NCBI RefSeq assembly: GCF_009914755.1
Contig: NC_060936.1
Length of the DNA stretch: 64,000 nt
Source of the DNA: the human T2T-CHM13v2.0 reference genome, Homo sapiens
Direction: 5' to 3' (one strand)
The notes beneath the pieces were generated by a model. It made no database searches and had not been told where the DNA came from. It saw only the letters and a list, made by a program, of their open reading frames with translations. Each line of letters starts with the position of its first letter. The first letter of the stretch is position 1. This document shows positions 1 through 12,349 of the stretch, piece by piece. The translations under genes and the position numbers were made by a program.

Positions 1-488
1 GAAGGTAAAAGTCTTTAAAATCCAAAACTGATATTGTTCCCCCAAGGGCCCAGGAGACAGCAGTGATGGAGCAGTTTTTCATGGCCACACAGCTCGAAGT
101 TTGCAGATTTGACTGGGTACCCTACCTGGGAAAATTGTAAGTCTACAGTAAAATTATTTTACATCTTCCTATTGCCATATTTGGGATAGAAAAATATGAG
201 TTTTCCCAAAACTTATTATGAAGACATGTTTGTTTTTAAAAATCAATATGGTTTATAAACTATACAAACTTCAATAAAAGATTCACAGAAGTGGCTCATT
301 TTTCAACAGGGCAATTGTAGATTTCTTAGTGTAAGAACACAATGACCTTTGACAATATTAGATTTGTTCCCAAACGAAGAAAAAAAATTGCATGGTCAGC
401 ACTGCAATTTTCAAGCCCATTTGAGATTTCCCTAAGAATCCCCAGCAAGAGTCAATAATAAGGAATCAGGAATTGGTAAAAATTATGG

Positions 489-1911
489 TGAGAGGTGACA
501 GCGTGCTGGCAGTCCTCACAGCCCTGGCTCGCTCTCGGCGCCTCCTCTGCCTGGGCTCCCACTTTGGTGGCACTTGAGGAGCCCTTCAGCCCACCGCCGC
601 ACTGTGGGAGCCGCTTTCTGGGCTGGCCAAGGCCAGAGCCGGCTCCCTCAGCTTGCAGGGAGGAGTGGAGGGAGAGGCGTGAGCGGGAACCGGGGCTGCG
701 CGCGGCGCTTGCGGGCCAGCTGGAGTTCCGGGTGGGCGGGGGTTTGGCGGGCCCCGCACTCGGAGCAGCCGGCCGGTCCTGCCGGCCCCGGGCAATGAGG
801 GGCTTAGCACCCGGGCCAGGAGGGTGTACTGGGTTCCCCAGCAGTGCCAGCCCACCGGCGCTGCCCTCGGTTTCTCGCCGGGCCTTAGCTGCCTTCTCGC
901 GGGGCAGGGCTCGGGACCTGCAGCCCGCCATGCCTGAGCCTCCCACCCGCTCCATGGGCTCATGTGCGGCCCGAGCCTCCCTGATGAGCACCGCCCCCTG
1001 CTCCACGGCGCCCAGTCCCATAGACCACCCAAGGGCTGAAGAGTGCGGGCGCAGGGCGCGGGACTGGCAGGCAGCTCCACCTGCAGCCCTGGTGCGGGAT
1101 CCACTGGGTGAAGCCAGCTGGGCTCCTGAGTCTGGCGGGGACCTGGAGAACCTTTATGTCTAGCCCAGGGATTGTAAGTACACCAATTGGCACTCTGTAT
1201 CTAGCTCAAGGTTTGTAAACACACCAATCAGCACCCTGTGTCTATCTCAGGGTTTGTGAATGCACCAATCCACACTCTGTGTCTAGCTACTCTGGTGGGG
1301 CCTTAGAGAACCTTTGTGTCCACATTCTGTATCTAGCTAATCTAAGTGGGGACGTGGAGAACCTTTGTGTCTAGCTCAGGGATTGTAAACGCACCAATCA
1401 GCGCCCTGTCAAAAGAGACCACTCGGCTCTACCAATCAGCAGGATGTGGGTGGGGCCAGAAAAGAGAATAAAAGCAGGCTGCCCGAGCTAGCAGTGGTAA
1501 CCCGCTCCGGTCCCCTTCCACAGTGTGGAAGGTTTGTTCTTTCGCTCTTTGCAATAAATCTTGCTGCTGCTCACTCCTTGGGTCCACACTGCTTTTATGA
1601 GCTGTAACACTCACTGGGAAAGTCTGCAGCTTCACTCCTGAAGCCAGCGAGACCACGAGCCCACCGGGAGAAACGAACAACTCCAGACGCGCCGCCTTAA
1701 GAGCTGTAACACTCACCGCGAAGGTCTGCAGCTTCACTCCTGAGCCAGCGAGACCACGAACCCACCACAAGGAAGAAACTCTGAACACATCCGAACATCA
1801 GGAGGAACAAACTCCAGACGCGCCACCTTAAGAGCTGTGACACTCACCTTGAGGGCCCACGGCTTCATTCTTGACATCAGTGAGACCAAGAACCCACCAA
1901 TTCCAGACACA
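489..1911 (+). mobile_element. LTR12C-type (HERV9/ERV1) solo LTR, full length
   Basis: Begins TGAGAGGTGACAGCGTGCTGGCAGTCC and ends AACCCACCAATTCCAGACACA. 4-bp TSD ATGG at 485-488 and 1912-1915. CpG-rich U3, tandem CCAAT/TATCTAGCT units and tandem GAGCTGTAACACTCAC units. Confidence 0.96.
1180..1500 (+). promoter_or_regulatory. LTR12 promoter: NF-Y CCAAT boxes, GGGTGGGG box, AATAAAA TATA-like element
   Basis: CCAAT near 1183, 1225, 1265, 1394 and 1432; GGGTGGGG at 1448-1455; AATAAAA at 1467-1473. LTR poly(A) signal AATAAA lies downstream near 1553. Activity cannot be judged from sequence. Confidence 0.7.
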
Positions 1912-3129
1912 ATGGTATGTAAATACAATAGTCTTCTAGTAACCTCCAGAATGAGGATGTAGATATGATTTTATAGACTTGGTAAGAGGTTTACAATATG
2001 ATGTTAAATGTAGAAAAATTGCATATAATAAAGAATATGCATATATGATTACATAATTGTTATATTAATCTATATATTGCATTGGGCTCCTCTGGTTGTA
2101 GAGAACAGAAACTCAGCTTATGTCAAGTATTGAGAGACTTTATTATTATTTCAATACATGGAGATAAGCAGGGGAATCACAGCCATGCAATCAGGCTTCA
2201 CAGGCAAGAAAGGACCTATGTTCTTGCTGGGCTTCTTGGAGCCTGAAACAGGCCCTACAGCAGTAGTGTTGCTTCTTTTTCTCATGCTCTTAGTGTAATC
2301 CAGCTCCATTTTCTGTACTCTAGTGGTTACATTACCCTCCACGGGTAACTGTTTTCTCTGAGTCATGCCTTTAATTTCTATTTCTACCTCTTCATGGCAT
2401 ATGTATCGTACCTTAGTTATATGTCTACCAGTACTTACCTTTTTCTCAACTCCATTACTCTCTTCTCATATTTATGATTCAAATTCTTGAGAGAAAATCT
2501 GGTCAAGCGAGTTAATATCTGTTTTCTCTGTTTGAATCACACCACTAAAAAGCTACTGTATAGCCTGTGGATGGGTTGTGTGAAGTAAGGTTATATGGCA
2601 CAGAAAACAGCTACCTACGTTTAAGAAGTCACTTACAGCCAGTTTTCTCAGCAAGGGAATAAGGATAGAGTACCTTGGAAGAAGGGTGTGGGCATGGTAT
2701 GACATTTTGAGCCTTGGACTGTTCATTAAAAATATATTTACATGTGTATTTAGGTGTAGAAAAAACTGTGGAAGATGATTTTTCCAGTATGTCAGCAGCA
2801 ATTATCTTTAGGTTGAATGATTACAGATACATGTTAAAATTTTCTTTTTGCCTACTTTTCATTTCTGATTTTTCTGTAATGTGTAATAAGGAAATGAAGA
2901 CTACAAGTAAAAACCAACAAAAATTAACAATAAAAGAAAAGTAACTTTGAGATTGATGATGGATGGGGAAGGTCAGGGGAAAGGAACAGACAGCCCTACT
3001 TTTGAAAACGGACAGTCAGATGCTGTGCCAGGGGCCTCTCATGTAGTACCTAAGGTAGCTTCCTTCCAGGAAACAGAAGGCACTTAAAAGGAGAGGAGAG
3101 TTTAGTCAGAGGTGTTATGCCATTCAGTC

Positions 3130-3225
3130 CTTACATATATACCAGGAAACTGAGGCGAAGGAAAATAATTGCCAAGACTCAAACCCGGGCTCTATGACTC
3201 CAAATTTGTATTTCTCCACTTCATC
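3130..3225 (-). mobile_element. MIR fragment
   Basis: GGAAACTGAGGC...ACTCAAACCCGGGCTCTATGACTCCAAA resembles the antisense MIR core. Confidence 0.55.
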
Positions 3226-3286
3226 ATACTACAAGCAGAGAGAATCAAGCAAGGCCACCAGGTAGGATGTATTAAAACATTAAGTA

Positions 3287-3636
3287 TGGGTTGAGCCTCC
3301 CTAATCAAAAGATCTGAAATGCTCCAAAATCTGAAACTTTTTGAGCACCGATAGGATGCCACAAGTGGAAAATTCCACACCTAACCTCATGTGACAGGTC
3401 GTAGTCAAAACTGTTTCATGTACAGAATTATTAAAAATATTGTATAAAATTACCTTCAGGATATAGGTATAAAGCATACATAAAACTTGAATTTTGTGTT
3501 TAGATTTGGGTCCCATCCTCAAAATATCTCAAAATATCTCATTAGGTATATGCAAATATCCCTGAATAAAAAAAAAAAAACTGAAATCCCAAACACTTCT
3601 GATCCAAAGTATTTTGGTTAAGGGATACTCAACCTG
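3287..3636 (+). mobile_element. Tigger4b (Zombi) non-autonomous Tc1/mariner DNA transposon
   Basis: TIRs (T)GGGTTGAGCCTCCCTAATC / AGGGATACTCAACCTG, TA on both sides, internal GCCACAAGTGGAAAATTCCACACCT. Confidence 0.9.
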
Positions 3637-3639
3637 TAT

Positions 3640-4140
3640 TTAGAATTATTTTAGAAAACCTGTCTCAACTGGCTTAAGCCAGAATGGGAATAGTTATTGG
3701 CCTGCAGAGCTACAGCAATACAGAGGAGGCTTTATCCAGGGTCCAATGAAGTGACCCAGGCCCAGTTCCTCTTTCTCCTTTTCCAGCTCTTTTTTCTCAG
3801 TGTTGGCTACAATTTCAGGCAGGCTTTCCTCTTTGAAATAACTTATCCCTTGCCTACAGCTCCTTGGGTGTCATGATTCCTAGGCTGTATCTAGTAGGGG
3901 AGAACAGAGTGCCCATGTCTCAGCATTTCCAGAAAAAAGTTCACTCTGACTGGACCAGCTTAGGTCAGGGCCTGAACCTGAACCAATCACAAAATGCAGG
4001 AATGTGATTGGCTGATTCGTTTAAGCCAGTTAACACCTCCCCGAGAGTGGAGGTGGGGCAGCTCCCCCAAAGAAAACAGAGTTTCATGCCATGAAGGAGA
4101 GGAAATATTGACTGGGTAGCAAACAGCAAGCATCTATTAC
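3640..4140 (-). mobile_element. Old MaLR LTR (MLT1J/K-like)
   Basis: CTCAACTGGCTTAAGC...GACTGGACCAGCTTAGGTCA...TGAACCAATCAC motifs typical of antisense MLT1J/K. Confidence 0.6.
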
Positions 4141-4299
4141 AAGAGGAAACCAAAATAACTCAAGGAAAGAAGAGCAAGGGCCTGTGAACTGAAGCAGCAT
4201 GGGAGTCAAGAGGGGAAAGATAAAGAAAGGTGTTAATGTGGGAGAAGGAAAAGGACTTCACCCATTACTTATGTTAAGAGGATTAAAGGAACAAGGAGG

Positions 4300-4440
4300 A
4301 GCTTGGTAACATTTTGAGAATTTTAGCTTGGATGACTGTGTAGATGGTGATGAATTTGGCTGAGATGAGAAATTCAGAAGGTAAGCAGATTTAAGAAAGT
4401 GATGAGTTTCGTTTTAGACACATAAATTCAGATTAGGGGC
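4300..4440 (-). mobile_element. L2 fragment
   Basis: TTTTAGCTTGGATGACTG...GATGAGTTTCGTTTTAGACA matches antisense L2. Confidence 0.6.
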
Positions 4441-5083
4441 ATGAAGACAACTTCAGACAATTTTTGTAGAGATCCCCGTGTCTTATTTTTTATTCCACTT
4501 TCTGTATTTTGCAGACAACATATTATTTCCTTTACACAGTCATATTATGATTCTTTTTATTTTTAAAATTCTTACAGCGATAACATAAATTGTGATTGCT
4601 GTATTTTTGAATAAAAATCGGTATTTAAAAAATTCAGTACAAACTCCATTCAAAGTTGTATCACCAGTTTCTTAATCTGGATCTAGCCAGAGGCCTTTAG
4701 CACAAATGGGGATATTCCCCCCTCTCCTTTTCATTACCCATCCATACAAACTCTCCACTCTCCTTGTCTCTTCCCGGATAGTATCCTGTATCTTCTCACA
4801 TATTCCTTCCATTAAACTTCGATAAAATGAGGATTTAATCAGTGATGGACAAGTTGACTGCTTACTGGGAGATGTCTGAATCTTACATATACACAAATAG
4901 ACACAAGGTCCCAATCTAAATTAAAGATACTCTACTGGAAGCTGCTTTATGCACGAGGGACCACTGGTTAGAAATTTCCCAGGAACCAATTTGGAGAGAG
5001 GATTGAGGGAGAATTCTTAATCAAGATATTACTGTTTTTTAACTGAGGAGTTTGAGGCCCATAGAATTCCCTTCTAGCTATGT

Positions 5084-5149
5084 AACAATGCTATTTCAAA
5101 CAAAGGAAGGGCTTCTGAAGTACCTTCCTTTGTTTGAAATAGCATCGTT
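5084..5149. repeat. Inverted repeat / hairpin: 23-bp perfect arms, 12-nt loop
   Basis: ATGCTATTTCAAACAAAGGAAGG (5088-5110) is the exact reverse complement of CCTTCCTTTGTTTGAAATAGCAT (5123-5145). The stem extends to 27 bp with one mismatch. Confidence 0.97.
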
Positions 5150-5491
5150 TTAAGTTCTGGGCCTGGGACCACCTTCCAGTTTGGGATTCAAAGCTGTTCA
5201 CTCAGTGGTCCCTGTCAGGGTTCAGACATAGTTGCTCTGGGTCTAAGTCTGTCTCTAGCAGTCAGAAGGCTCCTCAAGGGAGCCATGTCTTTTTATTCTT
5301 CCTACCCAAGCATCTTGAACAAAGCATGGAAAATAATAGAAACTCTGGTAAAAAGGGACCAGGGTCTATGAAAATAGTGCCCTGGAACTATTCACTATTC
5401 CACTATGTCTTGGAGAGCTAAATTAAGAATAAAAAAAGGGTGTGCTGTTTAAAACAAAAACAAATATGCTCTTTCAAATCAGCAAGTAAGT

Positions 5492-5745
5492 CAGCATAGC
5501 CTAATGGTAGAAAAGAATGAATTTTGGAGCTGAATTAACTGAATTTAAATCCCAACTTTATCACTTACCAGTTTCATAACCTTGGCAAGTTGCTTAAAAC
5601 TTCTCTGTGTCTCAGCTTCCTCATCTGTAAAGTGTGGATACTAGAAGGGCCTACCTCATGGGGTTATGAGGTTAAATGAGCGTGTTTTTATTATGCTTAA
5701 AACAGTGACTGGTACACAGTAAACTCTACTTAAGCGTTAATGGTA
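5492..5745 (+). mobile_element. MIR, near full length
   Basis: CAGCATAGCCTAATGGT...CTTGGCAAGTTGCTTAA...CTCAGCTTCCTCATCTGTAAA...AACAGTGACTGGTACACAGTAA. Confidence 0.85.
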
Positions 5746-5769
5746 AGAAAGGATTATTACATGTCTAAC

Positions 5770-7010
5770 TATTTGAGAAAAACTAACACTCTGGCCATAC
5801 AGCTTTATCAAAACAAATTTCAGAAGTTATATGCACAAATACAATTATAACAAATCTAAGAGAAAGTACAGGTAAGTTATGTATGTAATTTTGGAAACTG
5901 TATAGTCTAAATAATACAAGCTAGCAAACCATAAAGGATTTTATAAAAATAAGAAGAAATGTATAAAATCTATGTTAAAATCTCCATTAATAAATTTAAA
6001 AGTAAACACTAAAATACAAATAAGGTCTGCAGTCTATTTACCAGTCTTGTACCAAAGTCAGTTTCTTGGTTTTGATGATTCATCACAGTTATGTAACTAG
6101 TTATCAATGCAGGAAGCTGGATAAAAGGGATGCAGGAGCTCTGACTATATTTTGCAACTTTTTGTGAGTCTATAACTGTTTCAAAATAAAGTTTTTTTAA
6201 AAAGTGAATGAAACTAGAAAAAAACATTTGCAACATAAGGAGGGAAAAATTTCATAGCCTTGCTATAAAAAAGCGTACCCATCAATAAGAAGGCCATCCC
6301 AGTAGTAAAATGGGCAAAAGGTATAAGTAGATATTTTGTAAAACACGGCAGCTAAATTTGTGAAAAATTATTCAAACTCATTTACAGTCTAGAAACAGCA
6401 AATAGAGGGCATACCACTTTCTGTTTATCAGACTGGTAATGATGAGCAGTGGACATAGTAATAACAAATGTTGTCAACTGTGTGCATAATTGGGTACTCC
6501 ATCTACTGCTGCTACCAGGGTGACTTGGCACAATTTTGTAGGAAACCAATTTGATAACACACAGATTGTCACAGAAAGGTATGATTTCATATACAGGAAT
6601 TTACTTTAGGAAATAAGGATGTGTGCAGATATATCTGTGAGAATGTTCATCAAGCATTATTTATAATAAGTCATAGGAACAATAATAGAAAAATGATTAA
6701 ATAAATACAAGGGAATACTATCCTTATAAAAGAATATTAAATGGCATGGGAAAATAATATGTCAAGTATCAAAAAATCAAATTAAAAAAACAATGTGCAA
6801 AGATATATATAGTATGATGCCAGTTATATTTCCGAAGGTTGTACTACATAGAAAAATACTGAAATAACAAAATAGCAATAATTGCATATCCTTGCCTAAG
6901 AGGAACATGTGTGATTTATTTTCTTCTTTGTGATTGCCCAAGATTTTCATTTTTAAATGTTGCTCATGTATTACTTTTGTAAAGAAAACAACAAAATGTA
7001 TTTTATAAAA
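5770..7010 (+). mobile_element. Degenerate L1M (L1ME-like) 3' region with a nested L1MC/MD-type 3' end at ~6010-6200
   Basis: AAAATGGGCAAAAG, GAATGTTCATCAAGCATTATTTATAAT. The nested piece ends TTTTGCAACTTTTTGTGAGTCTATAACTGTTTCAAAATAAAG. Confidence 0.65.
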
Positions 7011-7282
7011 ATAAGTCAACCAAATTTGTTAAAATCCCATTATTCTGGCTGATACAGATATACATACTTTTTTATATTTTTAAGGCATGTAATCTAACAG
7101 ACAAGCAAATATAAGATGTAAGGAACACCTAAACATTTATATAATCAAATAAAGCTAATATCAGAGCAAGAGAAAGTCTAAGTAAACACAGGAATGTAAA
7201 CTTGGCAGTCAGTCAAATCTGACCTGGCCTTAAGTCCTGACCTTATTTAAAAAAAAGGCAGAAAAGTTCAGAGTGGGAGGTG

Positions 7283-7405
7283 AGGGTGGCATAGTGGTGC
7301 TTGCTTGTAATCCCAAGGAGGCTGGGGAGGCTGAGGTGAAATTGCTTGAGCCCAGAAGTCCAAGACCAGCCTGGATGATATAGCGAGACCCTGTCTCTGA
7401 AAAAT
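7283..7405 (+). mobile_element. Alu monomer (FLAM-like) followed by a MIR 3' fragment at ~7430-7530
   Basis: TGTAATCCCA...GGAGGCTGAGG...TTGCTTGAGCCCAGAAGTCCAAGACCAGCCTGG...GAGACCCTGTCTCT. Confidence 0.8.
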
Positions 7406-7799
7406 TGTTTTTTAGTTTTTTTTTTTAATCTAATAATGGGACTAATAATACCTACATCATGTGAGCTATAATCAGAATTAAATGAAATAAGGTACATAAA
7501 TGCCTAGTATACAGAATATATTCAATAGTTGTTCGTCGTGGTAATAAAGGTAGTGTATCTTGGAAAGTTTGAAGGGAGAAAAGCAAAAACAATGAAGACG
7601 TAAGAAGTCATAGCTTATAACAAACTGGAGTCAGGTGGCAGTGGGGTGGTTGTTGAGAGAGCCGAAGAAGGGTGCTAACAAAGACTTTGAAATGGAAGAG
7701 ATGCTTTGTGAGTGAAGGAGAGCTGCTCTAATTAGGAAGAAAAGTTGTACATCATAGTGGAAAAGGAAATAGGAAACTTGCTGACATATGTGTACTTAT

Positions 7800-7932
7800 T
7801 ACTGTCCCACTGGATCTAAACTTTTTGAGGGCAGGCACTGTCTGTCTTAATCACAGTTGCATTCCAGATCCTAGAACAGTGCATACATAGGGTAGATATA
7901 TATTCATTGCATATTTATGGAATGAACAAATG
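7800..7932 (+). mobile_element. L2 3' end
   Basis: TGAGGGCAGGCACTGTCTGTCTT...CCTAGAACAGTG...GAATGAACAAATG. Confidence 0.65.
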
Positions 7933-8154
7933 TTAAATGTAGTATTTACTCATTTGAAATGTTTAGTAATACAACCCCCAAAGAGCATACTAAATTGAAG
8001 CCTCCTTTTATTGTCCTAGACAGAAGGAATTAATTTTTTTATTTAGCCACTCATTCATGTGTTCATTCATGGATTGGTATACATTTATTAAATGCCTATA
8101 TGTGCCCTAAAGTAGGGATTAGTGATAAATAGCAAGGTGACTCATGCCCTCAAG

Positions 8155-8722
<568 letters not shown>

Positions 8723-9749
8723 CCCTCAAAAAGAGAGTACCTTTGGCTTGCATAGAAACTCATGGGAGGGAATCTGGTTTGGGGTATTTATGGCCAGGTA
8801 GGCAGAGAGCATGACTAACTAGGCCGTGTCTCCATGGTTTTGCTGGGCACTAGCCATTTTATGAGCCTCATAAGCAAGACTTTAGTCCCCAAGAAAAGAG
8901 GCCTAGGAAGAGCAGAACAGGGCAGAAAGAACCACGATGGCAACTCATTCCTAACACCTGATACATGGGGGCAAGGAAAGTTTCAGCCAAGGTAGTAAAA
9001 GAAATGACAGTAGTTATTTCTGGGTTGCCAGATCTCCAGTTAGGATGAGCAGAGAGGGATGTGGGAAATCCCATTGGTCAGCACTGCAGTACATGGGAGA
9101 ATGATGGATAGTAAGTCCCACTAAATGTGGGACTAAATGTGTATATGTATATATACACATATGTATGTATATATGTATGTGTATCTGTATTTGTGTTACA
9201 GGAGGAATGGAATTGAGGCTATTTACCTATTTCTTATATCTTGCCTTAATTCCTGGGGGAACTGAAGTTTGAGTCCTTTTTATGTATGTGGGAACAAAGG
9301 TTATTTGAGTTAGCTGTGTAGAGTGCAAATGCAGATGAGTTGACATAGCTGTGAGTTTTTTGGGAAGGAAGAAAGTAGGAAACTAAAGTAGACGGGTAAA
9401 ACCTAGAAATGGGCAGCCCAGGGACTGACTCCAGTAGAGCTGTAGTACAAAAGAAAGTGGAAAACAAAACGTGGAAAACTTATGTCATCAATATTGATAT
9501 CTTTTCTTGCAAGCAACCTGTGTTCTTTGTTTCCAGATTGGACAGAACTTTTTATTCCTTCTGGACTACTAGGTCCTGATAAACACAGATATTTATCAGG
9601 AGCTAATCCATGGTCTATATTTTATTTCTTCTTCATCACAAAGTGATATAAACCATTATAGGTTTATAAGGGCTGATAGATTAGGTTCCATATTCTTATA
9701 AAAACAAAGCAAGCACTAAACAGTGAGTCAGCTGAGGACACTGTTTTTT

Positions 9750-10115
9750 CCCACAGGCTTTGGACTCATATGGATGTGAATTTGAGTAACCAACTCTGTT
9801 CATTTTTTTCTCACAATTTTAAATTTAATTTTTTAAAATTGACAAATAATTGTACATATTTATGAGGTACATAGTGATATTTTGATACATATAATGTATG
9901 GTGATCATATTAAGGTAATTAGCATATCCATAATCTCAAACATTTATTATTTACTTGTGCAAATCTATTCATTTTTAACTGTGTGATTGCAGTTGTCTTC
10001 TCTAAGCCTCAGTCTTCTGGTCTATAAAATGGGGATATTAATACTTTCCCCATTAAATGATACAATGCATATAAAACACCTATGATAATGCCTGACATAT
10101 AGAAAGCACTCAAAA
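9750..10115 (+). mobile_element. MIR interrupted by an antisense L1MA 3' end (~9825-9960)
   Basis: MIR: GCTTTGGACTCA...AAGCCTCAGTCTTCTGGTCTATAAAATGGGGATATT. L1MA: AATTGTACATATTTATGAGGTACATAGTGATATTTTGATACAT. Confidence 0.75.
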
Positions 10116-10254
10116 ATTTTAAATTATTTTTGTAGATTTATTCTTAATGTAATGGATTTACATTCCAACATGTCCCAAGTTGTGTGTGTGTGAGTGTATA
10201 TGTGTGTGTGTGTGTGAATAGATATGTTATATGGCTAGAAACTGGAAACCATTT

Positions 10255-10790
10255 TTGTGGACATAATAGCAGAGGGTTTTTGCCAACCGGATACACTCTG
10301 TTGTCTGGTTTCTTTCACTCAAGATAATGTCTGTGAGGTGTGGCCACATTGTTACTGTATCAGGAATCTGTCCCTTTTATTTCAGAGTAATATTTTGTTG
10401 TGTGGATATCACAATTTAGTAATTCATTCACCTGTTGATGGACATGTGGGTTATTTTCAGTCTAGAGCTATGATGAATACATATGCTGTGAACATTCTTG
10501 TACAAGCCTTTTTGTGGATATTTGTTTTCATTTTTGTTGGGTAGACATGGAATTGCAGGGTCATTGTGTAGGTTATGTTTAGCTTTATAAGAAACACAAC
10601 ACTGATTTCCAAAGTAGCTGTTCTACTTCATCCTCTCACTAGCAACTTATTTGTGTTCTGGTTGCTTCACATCTTCATCAACCTTTGGTAATGTCAATCT
10701 TTTTTTATTTTATCCATTGAACTGGGTGTGTTGCTTCCTCATTGTGGTTTAATTTGCGTTTCTCTGCTGACTAATGACGTTGAACGTTTT
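10255..10790 (-). mobile_element. L1MB-like 3' region
   Basis: ATTCATTCACCTGTTGATGGACATGTGGGTTATTTTCAG...CTGTGAACATTCTTGTACAAG...ATTGTGGTTTAATTTGCGTTTCTCTG. Confidence 0.85.
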
Positions 10791-11799
10791 GCCATCAATT
10801 TTTTGTCCTCTGCACTAAACTCTATGTCCATGATCAAAAGGGAATGCTGTAATTAAAAATCAAGCACATTGGCACTGTAAAATACCTGCTACAAATAGTT
10901 TACATGTTGATTAACCTTTAATCCCACCTGGTTGAAGTGTTATTTTATACACACCTTTAGGACATCATGTTAGTTTCTGTCTCTTCAGTGCATTTTCCCT
11001 CCATTATTTGGCTGGATTTAGCATAAAGTAACTACTCTCTTGGTAAAATCCTCCTGATAATTTGTATGATAATCATGAAGTAGAGCCTTCAGATTTCTTA
11101 ATGCCTTGTATTTGGAGCATGTCTTTCTTCTGGAGTGCTCAAAGCCCTTTGATGTTAATATTCACAACATCTTTGTGAAGTGGGTAGGAAGCACTGGGAG
11201 AAGTTGAAATTCCAGAAGGCAAAGCAACTTAGCCCAAATCTTAAAGTAAACCAATGAAGTTCAGACTGTCACTTGAATCACAGTCATCAGAGGTGTCACC
11301 AGACCTACTTTAACCTAACAAACCAAGTTACCTCTCCTAATGGGGTCAGACTGATAAAAGTTCCAAATAAAGTCAAGTGGCTTCATCTGCTGGTATAAAG
11401 TTAATATAGTTCTCTCCGCCCCAAATCTTTCAGAACTAAAAAGTTATCATGAGCCGTGCCATGTAGACTCCCCAAGGATTTGTGAACTGATGGTTTTAAA
11501 GAAAAACAGAGTCATTCTGCCCCACAGAAAAAGATGTGTGAGAATGCAGTAATGTAAAAAACAGGTTTCAAAGAACAGTACACAAAATCTCCTATCCTTT
11601 CATACACACATAAATGTTTTCAAATAAGAAGACTGCATTTTGATTAAAAAATAAAGAAAAGTACAGGACTCTGGCAACAAAGAAATAAAACACTTCGGTG
11701 TTCCAGGTTGGTTTTTCCTGTATCTGAACATACTGCATATTTAAAGAGTCACTCTAAAGTAATATGTCTGATGTTTAACAAATATGCCAGAATCCACAC

Positions 11800-11925
11800 A
11801 CCCAAATAGGTGCTGTTTTCCTCAAAGGAGGCATCTTGGGATGTATACGCTTACTTCAATGTCACTTTGTCACTGATAGAAACACTTTTGGAATTGCTAT
11901 TTCAGAATTGCCTTTAGAGCTTAGG
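11800..11925. mobile_element. MARNA-like mariner fragment
   Basis: TTCCTCAAAGGAGGCATCTTGGGATGTATACGCTTACTTCAATG...AACACTTTTGGAATTGC...GAATTGCCTTTAGAGC resembles MARNA. Confidence 0.55.
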
Positions 11926-12349
11926 AACATTTTTTAAATATTTTCAGGATTCTGTGGCTCTATAAAAAAGGATGCTTCACATATACTCTCACCATTTTAG
12001 TGCCTTAAGTCTTAGTCTTCTTATTCTGAGTCTCCTTACTCCAAACCCTCTACCCAATTCTGATCTCCAGATTTTTAATCCATTCTTCAATCTCCCATTC
12101 ACAGCTTATTTTATAGTTCTGACATGACCACTAGCTCCACAATTTTAGCTGTACTCTTCACTTCTCTTCCTGACCACATTTCAGATTTTTCTTCTGCCTA
12201 ACAGCTTCAGGCAGCTCTAAGTAAAAACCTTTTGGTGTAGCCTGACACCTGGAGCAATTATCCTAGCTAAACCCCTAGATATAAGACTACCCACCCACTG
12301 CACCCTTCATCCCCATGAGCAGTGTCCAAAGACTCAGTGGCACTTCATC

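Noticed and set aside
1-145. Possible + strand exon ending ATT|GTAAGT at ~137
   Set aside because: No convincing acceptor or recognisable peptide within the window.
1160-1850. Regularly spaced direct repeats superficially like a CRISPR array
   Set aside because: Standard LTR12 internal tandem units; the intervening sequences are themselves repeated, and the DNA is primate.
452-1928. ORFs of 119-222 aa on both strands
   Set aside because: They lie almost entirely within the GC-rich LTR12C; stop-poor repeat sequence with no exon structure.
8760-9680. Possible ancient Gypsy/ERVL-like LTR
   Set aside because: General resemblance only; I could not match diagnostic motifs or termini.
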